DNA of 64,000 bases from Acidobacteriota bacterium (GTDB lineage: Bacteria; Actinomycetota; Acidimicrobiia; Acidimicrobiales; Microtrichaceae), in assembly GCA_003577145.1 (NCBI GenBank), contig QEUP01000016.1, positions 964 through 64,963 of the forward strand, given 5' to 3'. Shown piece by piece: positions 16,340 through 24,621 of this stretch (its first letter is position 1; every line of letters starts with the position of its first letter). The notes under the pieces are model-generated. The model was not told the DNA's origin and did not search any database. It was given only the letters and a program-made list of their open reading frames with translations. A program made the translations under genes and the position numbers.

Positions 16340-17308
16340 TTGGCAACGATGAGCGCCGCCCCGGCAGAACTGCTCGAACGCAAGCTGCTGTTCGTCACCG
16401 GCAAGGGGGGCGTCGGCAAGACGACCGTAGCCTCCTCGCTGGCACTGCTCAGCGCCCAGCGGGGCAAGCGGACGCTGGTCTGTGAGGTGGACGCCAAGGG
16501 GAACCTGTCGGACTTCTTCGGAGTCGGCCCGCTCGAGTTCGATCCCGGCGAGGTGTCCGACGGCCTGTACGCCATGAGCATGAACACCGAGGAGTCCCTC
16601 AAGGAGTACCTCCGCATCCAGCTCAAGGTGCCGCTCCTGGCGCGGATAGGTGTGCTGGCTCGGACCTTCGACTTCGTTGCCAACGCCGCGCCTGGTGTGA
16701 AGGAGATCCTCACTGTCGGCAAGCTCGCCTACGAGGTGAAGGAGGAGCACTACGACCTCGTGGTCGTCGACTCGTCGGCGACGGGCCACATCGTCGGCCA
16801 GCTCTCTGCGCCCGTCGCCATAAACGAGCTGGTGCACGTCGGGATCGTCCGGCAGCAGACCGACTGGATGATCGAGATCCTCGAGGACCCGCAGCTCACC
16901 GGGGTCGTCATCGTCGCCGCTCCGGAGGAGATGCCGGTGACCGAGACGATCGAGCTGGCCGGGCGGCTCGGAACCGAGACGAACATCGACCTGGGTGCGG
17001 TGATCATCAACCGGGTACTCCCGGAGCTGTTCCACCGGGGCGAGGAGGAGGTGTTCCAGCGCCTGCGACAGCCAGATGTGGCAGAGGCCCTCAGCGGCAA
17101 GCTCGGAGGCTCCGTCGGCCCGGTTCTCGATGCCGCCGAGTTGGCGGTCACGTTGCGAAGGGGCAGGGCCGGCCACCTGGCGAAGCTGCGAGACGGACTT
17201 CCGCCGCAGATCCCGGTCCTGTATGTGCCTTATCTGTTCACCCGCTCCCACACCATCCGGGCAACCCGTAGGATCGCCGAGCATCTCGCCGAGGAGTTGG
17301 GCTACTGA
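16340..17308 (+). CDS. ArsA/GET3-family ATPase (first of pair)
   Basis: Deviant Walker A FVTGKGGVGKTTVASSLA and DLVVVDSSATGH. Its stop overlaps the next start (TGATG). Confidence 0.85.
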   Translation: MATMSAAPAELLERKLLFVTGKGGVGKTTVASSLALLSAQRGKRTLVCEVDAKGNLSDFFGVGPLEFDPGEVSDGLYAMSMNTEESLKEYLRIQLKVPLLARIGVLARTFDFVANAAPGVKEILTVGKLAYEVKEEHYDLVVVDSSATGHIVGQLSAPVAINELVHVGIVRQQTDWMIEILEDPQLTGVVIVAAPEEMPVTETIELAGRLGTETNIDLGAVIINRVLPELFHRGEEEVFQRLRQPDVAEALSGKLGGSVGPVLDAAELAVTLRRGRAGHLAKLRDGLPPQIPVLYVPYLFTRSHTIRATRRIAEHLAEELGY

Positions 17309-18486
17309 TGTCTGCTCAGGCCGACTCCGAGGTTGCCAAGAGCGGTTCCCTGGAACGCCTGCTGGCGGCCAAGGAGATCATGATCAGCACCGGCTCGGGG
17401 GGCGTGGGCAAGACCACGGTCGCGGCTGCGGCCGCGGCGATGGCGGCCATCAACTTCGACGGCAAGACCCTGGTGCTGACCGTCGACCCCGCCCGGCGTC
17501 TCGCCAACGCCTTGGGGCTGGAGCAGTTCGGCAACGTCGAGAGCCGTGTGCCGGCCGAGGCGTTCAAGCAGGCGGGAGTAGATCCTCGGGGCGAGCTCTG
17601 GGCGGCCATGCTCGACACCAAGCAGTCGTGGGACGACCTGGTGCGGATGCACGCGCCCGATGACGAGACCCGTGATGCGATCCTCGACAACCTGCTCTAC
17701 CAGAACGTCACCGGGAAGTTCGTGCAGAGCCACGACTACATAGCCATGGAGCGGCTCTACGAGATCCACACCTCGGGCCGCTACGACCTGATAATCGTCG
17801 ACACACCACCCACCAGGAACGCCATCGACTTCCTCGAGGCTCCGGAGCGGATGGCGGACTTCTTCAGCAGCCGCCTTCTCCGCTGGCTGATCGCGCCATA
17901 CCGGTCGCGGGTGATCTCGATGGCCAGCCGCCCCTTCTACAACGTCGCCGATCGCTTGTTGGGTACCCAGTTCCTCGAGGACATCGCGGAGTTCTTCATC
18001 CTGTTCCAGACGATGTACGACGGCTTCGTCGAGCGGGCGAGGGCCGTGACCCGCCTGATGGAGTCCAACAAGACGACGTTCGCGGTGATCAGCACGCTGG
18101 AGTCGGCGCCGATCAGTGAGGCCGAGTTCTTCATCAAGATGCTCCGCAAGAGCGACTACCACCTCGGTGCGGTCATCTTGAACAAGGTCCTGCCGTCCTA
18201 CCTGCTCGATCGCGACGCCACCGCGGTGGCACGCCGGATGGTCGAGGAGGCGGCGCCGCTGGCCACCGAACTGGGAAGCCGCTTCGACGTCGACCAGTAC
18301 CTCGAACAGGTGCTGGTCGAGATCGGGGAGAACTTCTTGAACTTCCAGGTTGTGGCCGAGCGGGAGGCCGAGGAGCGGGCGGAGTTGGGCAAGCCCCCCG
18401 ACGTCGTGGCCAGCGTGCCGTACTTCGATCAGGACATCTACGACCTGGCCGGGCTTCTGCGGATGGGTCGAAGCATCTGGGGCTGA
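17308..18486 (+). CDS. ArsA/GET3-family ATPase (second of pair)
   Basis: STGSGGVGKTTVAAAAA and DLIIVDTPPTRNAIDFL. It is translationally coupled to the upstream ArsA-like gene. Confidence 0.85.
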   Translation: MSAQADSEVAKSGSLERLLAAKEIMISTGSGGVGKTTVAAAAAAMAAINFDGKTLVLTVDPARRLANALGLEQFGNVESRVPAEAFKQAGVDPRGELWAAMLDTKQSWDDLVRMHAPDDETRDAILDNLLYQNVTGKFVQSHDYIAMERLYEIHTSGRYDLIIVDTPPTRNAIDFLEAPERMADFFSSRLLRWLIAPYRSRVISMASRPFYNVADRLLGTQFLEDIAEFFILFQTMYDGFVERARAVTRLMESNKTTFAVISTLESAPISEAEFFIKMLRKSDYHLGAVILNKVLPSYLLDRDATAVARRMVEEAAPLATELGSRFDVDQYLEQVLVEIGENFLNFQVVAEREAEERAELGKPPDVVASVPYFDQDIYDLAGLLRMGRSIWG

Positions 18487-18524
18487 CCCCTGCTCGGCGG
18501 ATGGGTCGAAGCATCTGGGGCTGA
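18459..18524 (+). repeat. perfect 28-bp direct repeat (GCGGATGGGTCGAAGCATCTGGGGCTGA) x2, 10-bp spacer
   Basis: Copy 1 (18459-18486) is the last 9 codons plus the stop of the ArsA-like gene. Copy 2 (18497-18524) is non-coding. Confidence 0.9.
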
Positions 18525-18581
18525 TCTCACGGAGCCGGTGGGCGAGCGCGGGAGTCGGACGCGTTGCGGTTCGCACCGTAT

Positions 18582-18608
18582 GTGACAAGTGCGTGTCGCA
18601 CATGTCAC
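18582..18608. promoter_or_regulatory. 27-bp near-palindrome, candidate operator or hairpin
   Basis: GTGACA-AG-TGCG-TGT-CGCA-CA-TGTCAC. The outer 6-mers and inner 4-mers are exact reverse complements. It lies 120 nt upstream of the 18728 ORF. Confidence 0.35.
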
Positions 18609-18727
18609 CACTCGGCGCAATCGCTTGATTAACGCTGCGTGGTGGTCCAATCTCTGATCACGCGAGGACTTCTGGTCGATCAGCGTCCTGAAGGCGGCGG
18701 GCGGAACCGAACCGACGAGAAAGTGGT

Positions 18728-18994
18728 GTGAGCATGGGTATGTTCCGCAGACGCCGCCGGGGGGATCTCCCCTCTCCCGATCCCGTATTCAGCACGCCCG
18801 TCGTCGACCTGGCCGACACCGCTCCGAGCTCCGCGGGTCAATGGGGCCTGCCCACCCACTGTCCCGAATGCGGTAGCCCCGGCTACCTGGACAGCATCGA
18901 CATGAACCGCCGGGTGATGCATCAGCACTGTCCCAAGTGCTGGTACAAGTGGGCGTCGACCGAGGCCGACGTCCGCTCGGGCATCGCGAAGTAG
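18728..18994 (+). CDS. small zinc-ribbon protein (CPxC...CPxC), hypothetical
   Basis: 88 aa with HCPECGSPGY..HQHCPKCWYKW. Third-codon positions are G/C-rich, like neighbouring genes. The start could be the GTG at 18728 or the ATG at 18734 or 18740. Confidence 0.55.
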   Translation: MSMGMFRRRRRGDLPSPDPVFSTPVVDLADTAPSSAGQWGLPTHCPECGSPGYLDSIDMNRRVMHQHCPKCWYKWASTEADVRSGIAK

Positions 18995-19026
18995 CGCCTG
19001 CCCGGCATCCTCCTAGCATTGGCGGG

Positions 19027-20586
19027 GTGGAGAGCGTGTCGAGGGCGATCAGGGAAGGAGCGGTGCTGGCAGGCCTGAGCGAGCTGGCGCGCTTCCGGAC
19101 GCGCCTGGGTGCCGCCGAGCGCGATCACCTCACACGGCTGGTGGCGTCGTGGGGTCTGCTGGCCGATCTGAGCTTCTCGGACCTGTTGCTGTTCACTCCG
19201 GTTCACGTCGACGACGGTGTGCGCTATCTGGTCGCTTCCCACGTGAGACCGACCACCAGCCAGACCATCTATCGCGAGGACCGCGTGGGCATCCTGGTCG
19301 ACGCCGCCGAGAGACCGCTGGTCGATCTGACCTACCGGAGTGGCCGGCGAAACGACGGGCAGGTGCGCAACGAGCGCCTCGGGGACGAGGTGAAGGTGAA
19401 GGCCGTCCCGGTTCGCCACCGCGGCAGGGTCATCAGCGTCGTTTCGAGCGAGTACTCACCTTCGATACGCAGGCTGCACGGTGAGCTCGAGAAGGCCTAC
19501 CGTGGCGTGTACGACCGCTTTGCCAGGATGATCGCGGCGGGCGAGTTCCCCTTCGCTCACGGAGAGGTCACCGCCGAGGACGCCCCCCGGGTGGGGGACG
19601 GGGTTATCGTGCTCGACGAGGAGGCCCGGGCCAGCTACCTGTCCCCGAACGCCGTCTCGGCGCTGCACCGGGCGGGAGTCCACGTCTCGGTCATCGGGCA
19701 GCCGCTGAGCGAGGTGGGCTTCGAGCAGGGGGTGGTGAGCCGGGCCTTCGCGACAGGCCAACCCTGTTCGGAGGAGCTCGAGCGGGGGGCCGACGTCGCC
19801 GTGCTGGCTCGTTGCATCCCGCTGCTGGACGACGGTGCGGTCACAGGTGGTGTTGTCTTGTTGCGTGACATTTCCGAGCTGAGGCACCGCGACCGCCTGC
19901 TGGTGTCCAAGGACGCCACGATCAGGGAGATCCACCACCGGGTCAAGAACAACCTGCAGACGATCTCCTCGCTGCTGAGGTTGCAGGGGCGACGGCTCGA
20001 CGAGCCGACCGCCAAGGCTGCGATCGAGGAGTCCGTGAGGCGCATCGCGTCGATCGCGCTGGTGCACGAGACCCTTTCCCGTGAGCCGGGTGAAGACGTT
20101 CCTTTCATCGAGATCCTCCGGCCGCTGATGAGGATGGTCGAGGAGGGCCTGGTCAATCCCGAGCACCCCGTCACCTTCTCGATAGAGGGCGATCCGGGTC
20201 GCCTACCGGCGACCACTGCCACCGCGCTGGCGGTCGTGTTGACCGAGTTGTTGCAGAACGCGGTGGACCACGCCTTTCCCGCCGATCTCGATCCGGCCCC
20301 GGACGGCAACCGCCTGGAGGTGGCGCTGCGAAACGACGGTGGCGAGCTGACTCTGGCGGTGACCGACAACGGCTGTGGCCTGCCCGCGGACTTCTGTCTC
20401 GATGAGGTCGGCTTGGGCCTGTCGATCGTGAGGACGCTGGTCAGGACCGAGCTGAACGGGACGATCCGGGTCGAGCCTGCCGGCCTGCCGGCAGAGCGCG
20501 ACCAAGTGGCGGGTGGCACCTGGGACCGGGGAGCCGCCCGTCCGGGAACGACGGTCGAACTCAGGGTTCCTTCAGGGATGAGCTGA
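19027..20586 (+). CDS. pdtaS: PdtaS-type cytoplasmic sensor histidine kinase (GAF/PAS + HisKA_2 + HATPase)
   Basis: Trimmed to the GTG at 19027. N-terminal LTRLVASWGLLADLSFSDLLLF, H-box IREIHHRVKNNLQTISSLLRLQ, N-box LTELLQNAVDHAF and G-box VTDNGCGLP. No TM segment. Confidence 0.85.
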   Translation: MESVSRAIREGAVLAGLSELARFRTRLGAAERDHLTRLVASWGLLADLSFSDLLLFTPVHVDDGVRYLVASHVRPTTSQTIYREDRVGILVDAAERPLVDLTYRSGRRNDGQVRNERLGDEVKVKAVPVRHRGRVISVVSSEYSPSIRRLHGELEKAYRGVYDRFARMIAAGEFPFAHGEVTAEDAPRVGDGVIVLDEEARASYLSPNAVSALHRAGVHVSVIGQPLSEVGFEQGVVSRAFATGQPCSEELERGADVAVLARCIPLLDDGAVTGGVVLLRDISELRHRDRLLVSKDATIREIHHRVKNNLQTISSLLRLQGRRLDEPTAKAAIEESVRRIASIALVHETLSREPGEDVPFIEILRPLMRMVEEGLVNPEHPVTFSIEGDPGRLPATTATALAVVLTELLQNAVDHAFPADLDPAPDGNRLEVALRNDGGELTLAVTDNGCGLPADFCLDEVGLGLSIVRTLVRTELNGTIRVEPAGLPAERDQVAGGTWDRGAARPGTTVELRVPSGMS

Positions 20587-20617
20587 GGTAGCTCGTGAAG
20601 CCCGGTGGGTGGATGGT

Positions 20618-20917
20618 TCAGGAGGCGCGACGCTTGCGTGCCGTCCAGGCACGCCGTATCTGTCGCCGTTCCTCTTCGGAGGTTCCGCCCCACACCCCGG
20701 AGTCCTGATTCGTGATCAGCGCGAACTCCAGGCATGGCGACTTCGCGTCGCAGGCGTCGCACACTGCCTTGGCCGATTCGATCTGCTCGATGGCCGGTCC
20801 GGTCGTACCCACCGGGAAGAAGAGGTCGGGATCGGTGTCCCGGCAAGCAGCAACGTCGCGCCAGTCGTCGTCGGGTTCCTCGGTGATGTCCAGCGTCCGG
20901 CTGATTGTCAGGGCCAC
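20618..20917 (-). CDS. whiB1: WhiB-family Fe-S transcription factor, WhiB1-like
   Basis: DWRDVAACRDTDPDLFFPVG..GPAIEQIESAKAVCDACDAKSPCLEFAL..QDSGVWGGTSEEERR carries the C-x22-C-x2-C-x5-C cluster, the GVWGG turn and a basic tail. GTG at 20917 has GGAGG 4 nt upstream; an alternative GTG lies about 30 nt further upstream. Confidence 0.9.
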   Translation of the reverse strand: MALTISRTLDITEEPDDDWRDVAACRDTDPDLFFPVGTTGPAIEQIESAKAVCDACDAKSPCLEFALITNQDSGVWGGTSEEERRQIRRAWTARKRRAS

Positions 20918-20929
20918 TGAGCCTCCAAT

Positions 20930-20945
20930 CGTGACATTGTTCACA
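20930..20945. promoter_or_regulatory. CRP/FNR-type palindrome (TGTGA-N6-TCAC)
   Basis: The minus strand reads TGTGAacaatgTCACg. It lies 12 nt upstream of the called whiB start and about 100 nt upstream of the divergent GDPD gene. Confidence 0.4.
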
Positions 20946-21043
20946 TGCTCCCCGCCGCGTGGGTCGGGTTCACGGGACAATGGGGACAGATAGACGCTAC
21001 TCCGCGGTAACAAGGGTGTAAAGAGCGGTTTTGGAGGATAGTT

Positions 21044-21781
21044 ATGCTTCTTGGCGATAGGCCATCGCCCCCAGCGGTGGTCGCTCACCGTGGGGCTTCG
21101 GCTGACCACTTAGAGAACACCATCGAGGCTTTCCGGGCAGCTCTGGCACAGGGAGCCGACTGGGTGGAGCTCGACGTGAGGCGGACCGCCGACGCCGCGC
21201 TGGCCGTGCACCACGACGCCGCCCTGCCCGACGGGCGGGCGTTGGTCGGCCTGCCGGCCGCTGAGCTCCCGCCCCACGTACCGCAGTTGGGAACCGCCCT
21301 CGATGCCTGCCGGGGCATGGGAGTCAACATCGAGATCAAGAACCTCCCGGGCGACCCGGACTTCGATCCCGATGACCACCTCGCCGTCGAGGTGGTTGCA
21401 CACCTCGAGGCCCGGCGGGAAGACCCCGGCGGGATCCCCCAGCCGGTGATCGTGTCCTCGTTCAACCCGGAGACCATCGCCAGGGTCCGCCTGCTCGACC
21501 CCTCGATACCCACCGGATGGCTCGTGCTGGAGGTGCCTCGGCCGGAGCAGACCGTCCAACGGGCCGTCGAGGCGGGGCACAGCGCGCTGCACCCGTTGGC
21601 CCACGTCGTGGACCAGACGCTGGTGCGGACCTGTCACGAGGCGGGGCTGGCGCTGAACTGCTGGACCGTCGATGAGCCGGCGCGGATCCGGGAGTTGGTT
21701 GCCATCGGGGTCGACGGGATCGTGACCAACACCCCTGGAGTGGCCCGCCGCATAGTCGACGAGCTCTCGGCTGGATCCTGA
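21044..21781 (+). CDS. glycerophosphodiester phosphodiesterase
   Basis: VVAHRGASADHLENTIEAFRAALAQGADWVELDVRRTADAALAVHHD is the GDPD signature. Confidence 0.85.
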   Translation: MLLGDRPSPPAVVAHRGASADHLENTIEAFRAALAQGADWVELDVRRTADAALAVHHDAALPDGRALVGLPAAELPPHVPQLGTALDACRGMGVNIEIKNLPGDPDFDPDDHLAVEVVAHLEARREDPGGIPQPVIVSSFNPETIARVRLLDPSIPTGWLVLEVPRPEQTVQRAVEAGHSALHPLAHVVDQTLVRTCHEAGLALNCWTVDEPARIRELVAIGVDGIVTNTPGVARRIVDELSAGS

Positions 21782-21809
21782 GTCGGCGCAGACGCGTGGA
21801 CAGCCAGGG

Positions 21810-22775
21810 TCATGGCAGCACCAGCTTCATAGACGCCGGCTGGTGCTTGAAGTCGAGTTCGTCGATCTCGCCGAGATAGTCGCCGTCCACCTGGTACGGA
21901 ACCGGACCGTGGCCCCGCACCGCCAGCTCACCCAGGTCGGCCCGGTAGTCGACCCAGCGGCTGCGGCGCAGCGCGTTACCCGAGCCCAGCGACGAGGCCA
22001 CCAGGCGGAGGAAGCGAAGGAAGCTCAGCGTCCGGATGGAAACCGAGACCAGGCCCCGGTCGAGCGTCGCCTCGGGCGCCAGGTCGAAGGGTCGCGGCCC
22101 GACGTAGGTGTAAGGGCTCGTGTTGAGCACGATCGTGAGGTAGGAGTCGTCCACCACCGTGCCGTCGGTGTGGTGCACGGCGAGGCGGGGGCGAGATCGG
22201 TCGTAGTGGCGGATCCAGGTGTCGAAGGCGGCGTAGATGAACAGCGGATGGCTGGCCCAGCGCTTGAGGTCGCCGCGCCGCTCGACCTGGGCCACCACCG
22301 CCGCGTCGAAGCCGACACCCACGTGGAACAGGAAGTAGCGCCCGTTCACCGATCCAAGGCCGACGCGGCGGATCGATCTCCGGGCCAGCGCCTCTATGAG
22401 CACGCCGGTGGCCTCGATCGGGTCGTTCGGCAAGCCGATCGTCCGGGCGAAGACATTCGTCGACCCGCCCGGGAGCGGCGCCAGCGCGGTGTCGGTGCCG
22501 GCCAGGCCGTTGGCAGCTTCGTTGAGAGTGCCGTCTCCGCCCAACACGACCACGGCGTCACAGCCCTCCACGGCTGCGCTGTGCGCCAGGCGGGTGGCGT
22601 GGCCCCGGCGCGCCGTCTCGGCGACTATCACCTCGTGGTCGGCCGAGAGCGCCTTGCGGATGACGACACGTGCCCGGGCGGTAACCGACGATGCCGATGA
22701 GTTGGCCAGCAGGAGCAGCTTCAGCTCGCGTCCCCCCTTGCTCGAACGCTTCACGGTAGCCCTGATCATCCACAT
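21810..22775 (-). CDS. diacylglycerol/lipid kinase family protein (DAGK catalytic domain)
   Basis: LKLLLLANSSASS..CDAVVVLGGDGTLNEAANGL..LAPLPGGSTNVFAR. The start is uncertain (ATG at 22775 or 22769, or a GTG further downstream). Confidence 0.8.
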   Translation of the reverse strand: MWMIRATVKRSSKGGRELKLLLLANSSASSVTARARVVIRKALSADHEVIVAETARRGHATRLAHSAAVEGCDAVVVLGGDGTLNEAANGLAGTDTALAPLPGGSTNVFARTIGLPNDPIEATGVLIEALARRSIRRVGLGSVNGRYFLFHVGVGFDAAVVAQVERRGDLKRWASHPLFIYAAFDTWIRHYDRSRPRLAVHHTDGTVVDDSYLTIVLNTSPYTYVGPRPFDLAPEATLDRGLVSVSIRTLSFLRFLRLVASSLGSGNALRRSRWVDYRADLGELAVRGHGPVPYQVDGDYLGEIDELDFKHQPASMKLVLP

Positions 22776-22843
22776 TGTGTGGGGCCACCGGCCGACACCG
22801 TCCGATTTGGTTACCGCTCGGTAGGTACATCAGACTTGCCCGC

Positions 22844-23626
22844 ATGAACGTCGTTGTCTGTGTCAAGCAGATCCCCGATCCGGCTGACCCCGGAGCCTTG
22901 GATCCAGATACGAAGACCCTCAAGCGCGACACCAAGCTGATCCTCGACGAGTCCGACAGCTACGGCGTCGAGATGGCACTCCAGCTCGTCGACGCAGCCG
23001 GTGGAGGCGAGGTGACCCTCGTCTCGATGGCCCCCAACAACGAGGTGGGCGGGATCCGGACCGCCTTGGCGATGGGTGCCGCCAAGGCGATCCTCGTCAG
23101 CGACGACGCCCTGCAGGGCAGCGACGCTTTGGGCACGGCAAAGGTGCTCGCCGCGGCCATCGGCCGAGCGGAGGGAACCGACCTGGTGATAACGGGTACC
23201 GAGTCGACCGACGGCTACACCGGGACGGTGCCCCAGCAGGTGGCCGAGCTGCTCGGCCTCCCGTCGATCACCTTCGCCAACCACATCGAGATCGGCGACG
23301 GCAAGGCCGCGGTGCATCGCCAGACCGAGCACGGCTACGACGAGTGCGAGGTGCCGCTTCCTGCGGTCGTTTCCGTCACCGCGGGCGTGGTCGAGCCGCG
23401 CTACCCGTCCTTCAAGGGCATCATGGCAGCCAAGTCCAAGCCCGTCGACGAGCTGGGCATCGCCGATCTGGGCATCGACGCCGCGCAGGTCGGTTGGGCG
23501 GGCGCAGGCCAGGAGATCGTCGAGATCGAACCCGAGCCCGAGCGCGAAGCCGGCGAGATAGTCGAGGACGAAGGCGACGCCCACGAGCGCATCGTCGCCT
23601 TCCTCGACGAGCTGAAGGTCCTGTAG
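22844..23626 (+). CDS. etfB: electron transfer flavoprotein beta subunit
   Basis: Trimmed to the ATG at 22844. MNVVVCVKQIPDPADPGALDPDTKTLKRD..LILDESDSYGVEMALQL. Confidence 0.9.
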   Translation: MNVVVCVKQIPDPADPGALDPDTKTLKRDTKLILDESDSYGVEMALQLVDAAGGGEVTLVSMAPNNEVGGIRTALAMGAAKAILVSDDALQGSDALGTAKVLAAAIGRAEGTDLVITGTESTDGYTGTVPQQVAELLGLPSITFANHIEIGDGKAAVHRQTEHGYDECEVPLPAVVSVTAGVVEPRYPSFKGIMAAKSKPVDELGIADLGIDAAQVGWAGAGQEIVEIEPEPEREAGEIVEDEGDAHERIVAFLDELKVL

Positions 23627-23639
23627 GAGGTCTCGAAGA

Positions 23640-24605
23640 ATGTCTGTGTCAACCATCTGGGTCCTGGCCGAGGAGGTCGACGGCAACGTCTCGTCGATCA
23701 CGCTCGAGATGCTGGCGAAGGCTCGTGAGCTGGCCGACACCGTCGAATGCGTCTTCGGCGGTGACGCCTCCGGGATCGCGGCGACACTTGGTGCCCACGG
23801 TGCAACACGAGTGCACGCCACCGGAGATCTCGGTGACTCGCTCCAGGGAGTACCGGTGGCGGCTGCTGTGGCAGCCGCTGTCGCAGCCGGCAACGGTCCC
23901 GATGCCCTGTTCCTGGGCACCACCTACGACGGCAGGGACATCGCCGGGCGCCTGTCGGCGAAGATCGACGCGCCGGTCATCACCAACGTGGTGGACGTCT
24001 CCGAGCGGGACGGCAAGCTCCTCGGGATCGAGCCGGTCTTCGGCGGTACGTTGAACGTCGGCACCCGCTTCACCTCCGACAGGCCCCAGATCCTGTTGAT
24101 CAGGCCCAAGTCCTTCGCAGCCGCCGAAGCCGGCGGTGGTCCCGCCGAGGTCGTCGACCTCGCGGTGCCCGACACAGGCGCTACCGGCACGGCGAAGCTC
24201 TTGAAGCGTCACACCGAAGAGCGCGAGGGCCCGGCCCTCGATGACGCCGACATCGTGGTGTCCGGTGGCCGGGGGCTCGGTGAGGCTGACAAGTACGCCA
24301 TGATCGAGAGCCTCGCCAAGCTCCTCAACGGCGCGGCGGGCGCATCGCGAGCCATAGTCGACGCCGGCTGGGTGCCGTTCAGCCATCAGGTGGGCCAGAC
24401 CGGCAAGGTCGTCAAGCCCTCGGTGTACATAGCCGCCGGGATAAGCGGGGCGACGCAACACCTCGTGGGCATGAAGGGCTCCAAGAACATCATCGCGATC
24501 AACAAGGATCCCGAGGCGCCCATCTTCTCGGTCGCTGACCTCGGGGTCGTCGGTGACCTCCACAAGGTCCTGCCCAAGCTGATCGAGGCACTCGAAAGCC
24601 GCTAG
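23640..24605 (+). CDS. etfA: electron transfer flavoprotein alpha subunit
   Basis: The C-terminal FAD-binding part reads [56 protein letters not shown]. Confidence 0.9.
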   Translation: MSVSTIWVLAEEVDGNVSSITLEMLAKARELADTVECVFGGDASGIAATLGAHGATRVHATGDLGDSLQGVPVAAAVAAAVAAGNGPDALFLGTTYDGRDIAGRLSAKIDAPVITNVVDVSERDGKLLGIEPVFGGTLNVGTRFTSDRPQILLIRPKSFAAAEAGGGPAEVVDLAVPDTGATGTAKLLKRHTEEREGPALDDADIVVSGGRGLGEADKYAMIESLAKLLNGAAGASRAIVDAGWVPFSHQVGQTGKVVKPSVYIAAGISGATQHLVGMKGSKNIIAINKDPEAPIFSVADLGVVGDLHKVLPKLIEALESR

Positions 24606-24621
24606 CCCGCACCCGGCGGGC
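24605..24621. terminator. compact hairpin between convergent stops
   Basis: GCCCGC-acccg-GCGGGC fills the whole 16-nt gap between the etfA stop and the stop of 24622..25611. Confidence 0.35.

Noticed and set aside
15989-18603. Long minus-strand ORFs 15989..17284 (431 aa) and 17302..18603 (433 aa)
   Set aside because: They are antisense to the DUF3107 and ArsA-like genes, which have clear P-loop motifs. Their translations are Arg/Gly/Asp/His-rich with no recognisable family. This is the typical shadow ORF of high-GC DNA.
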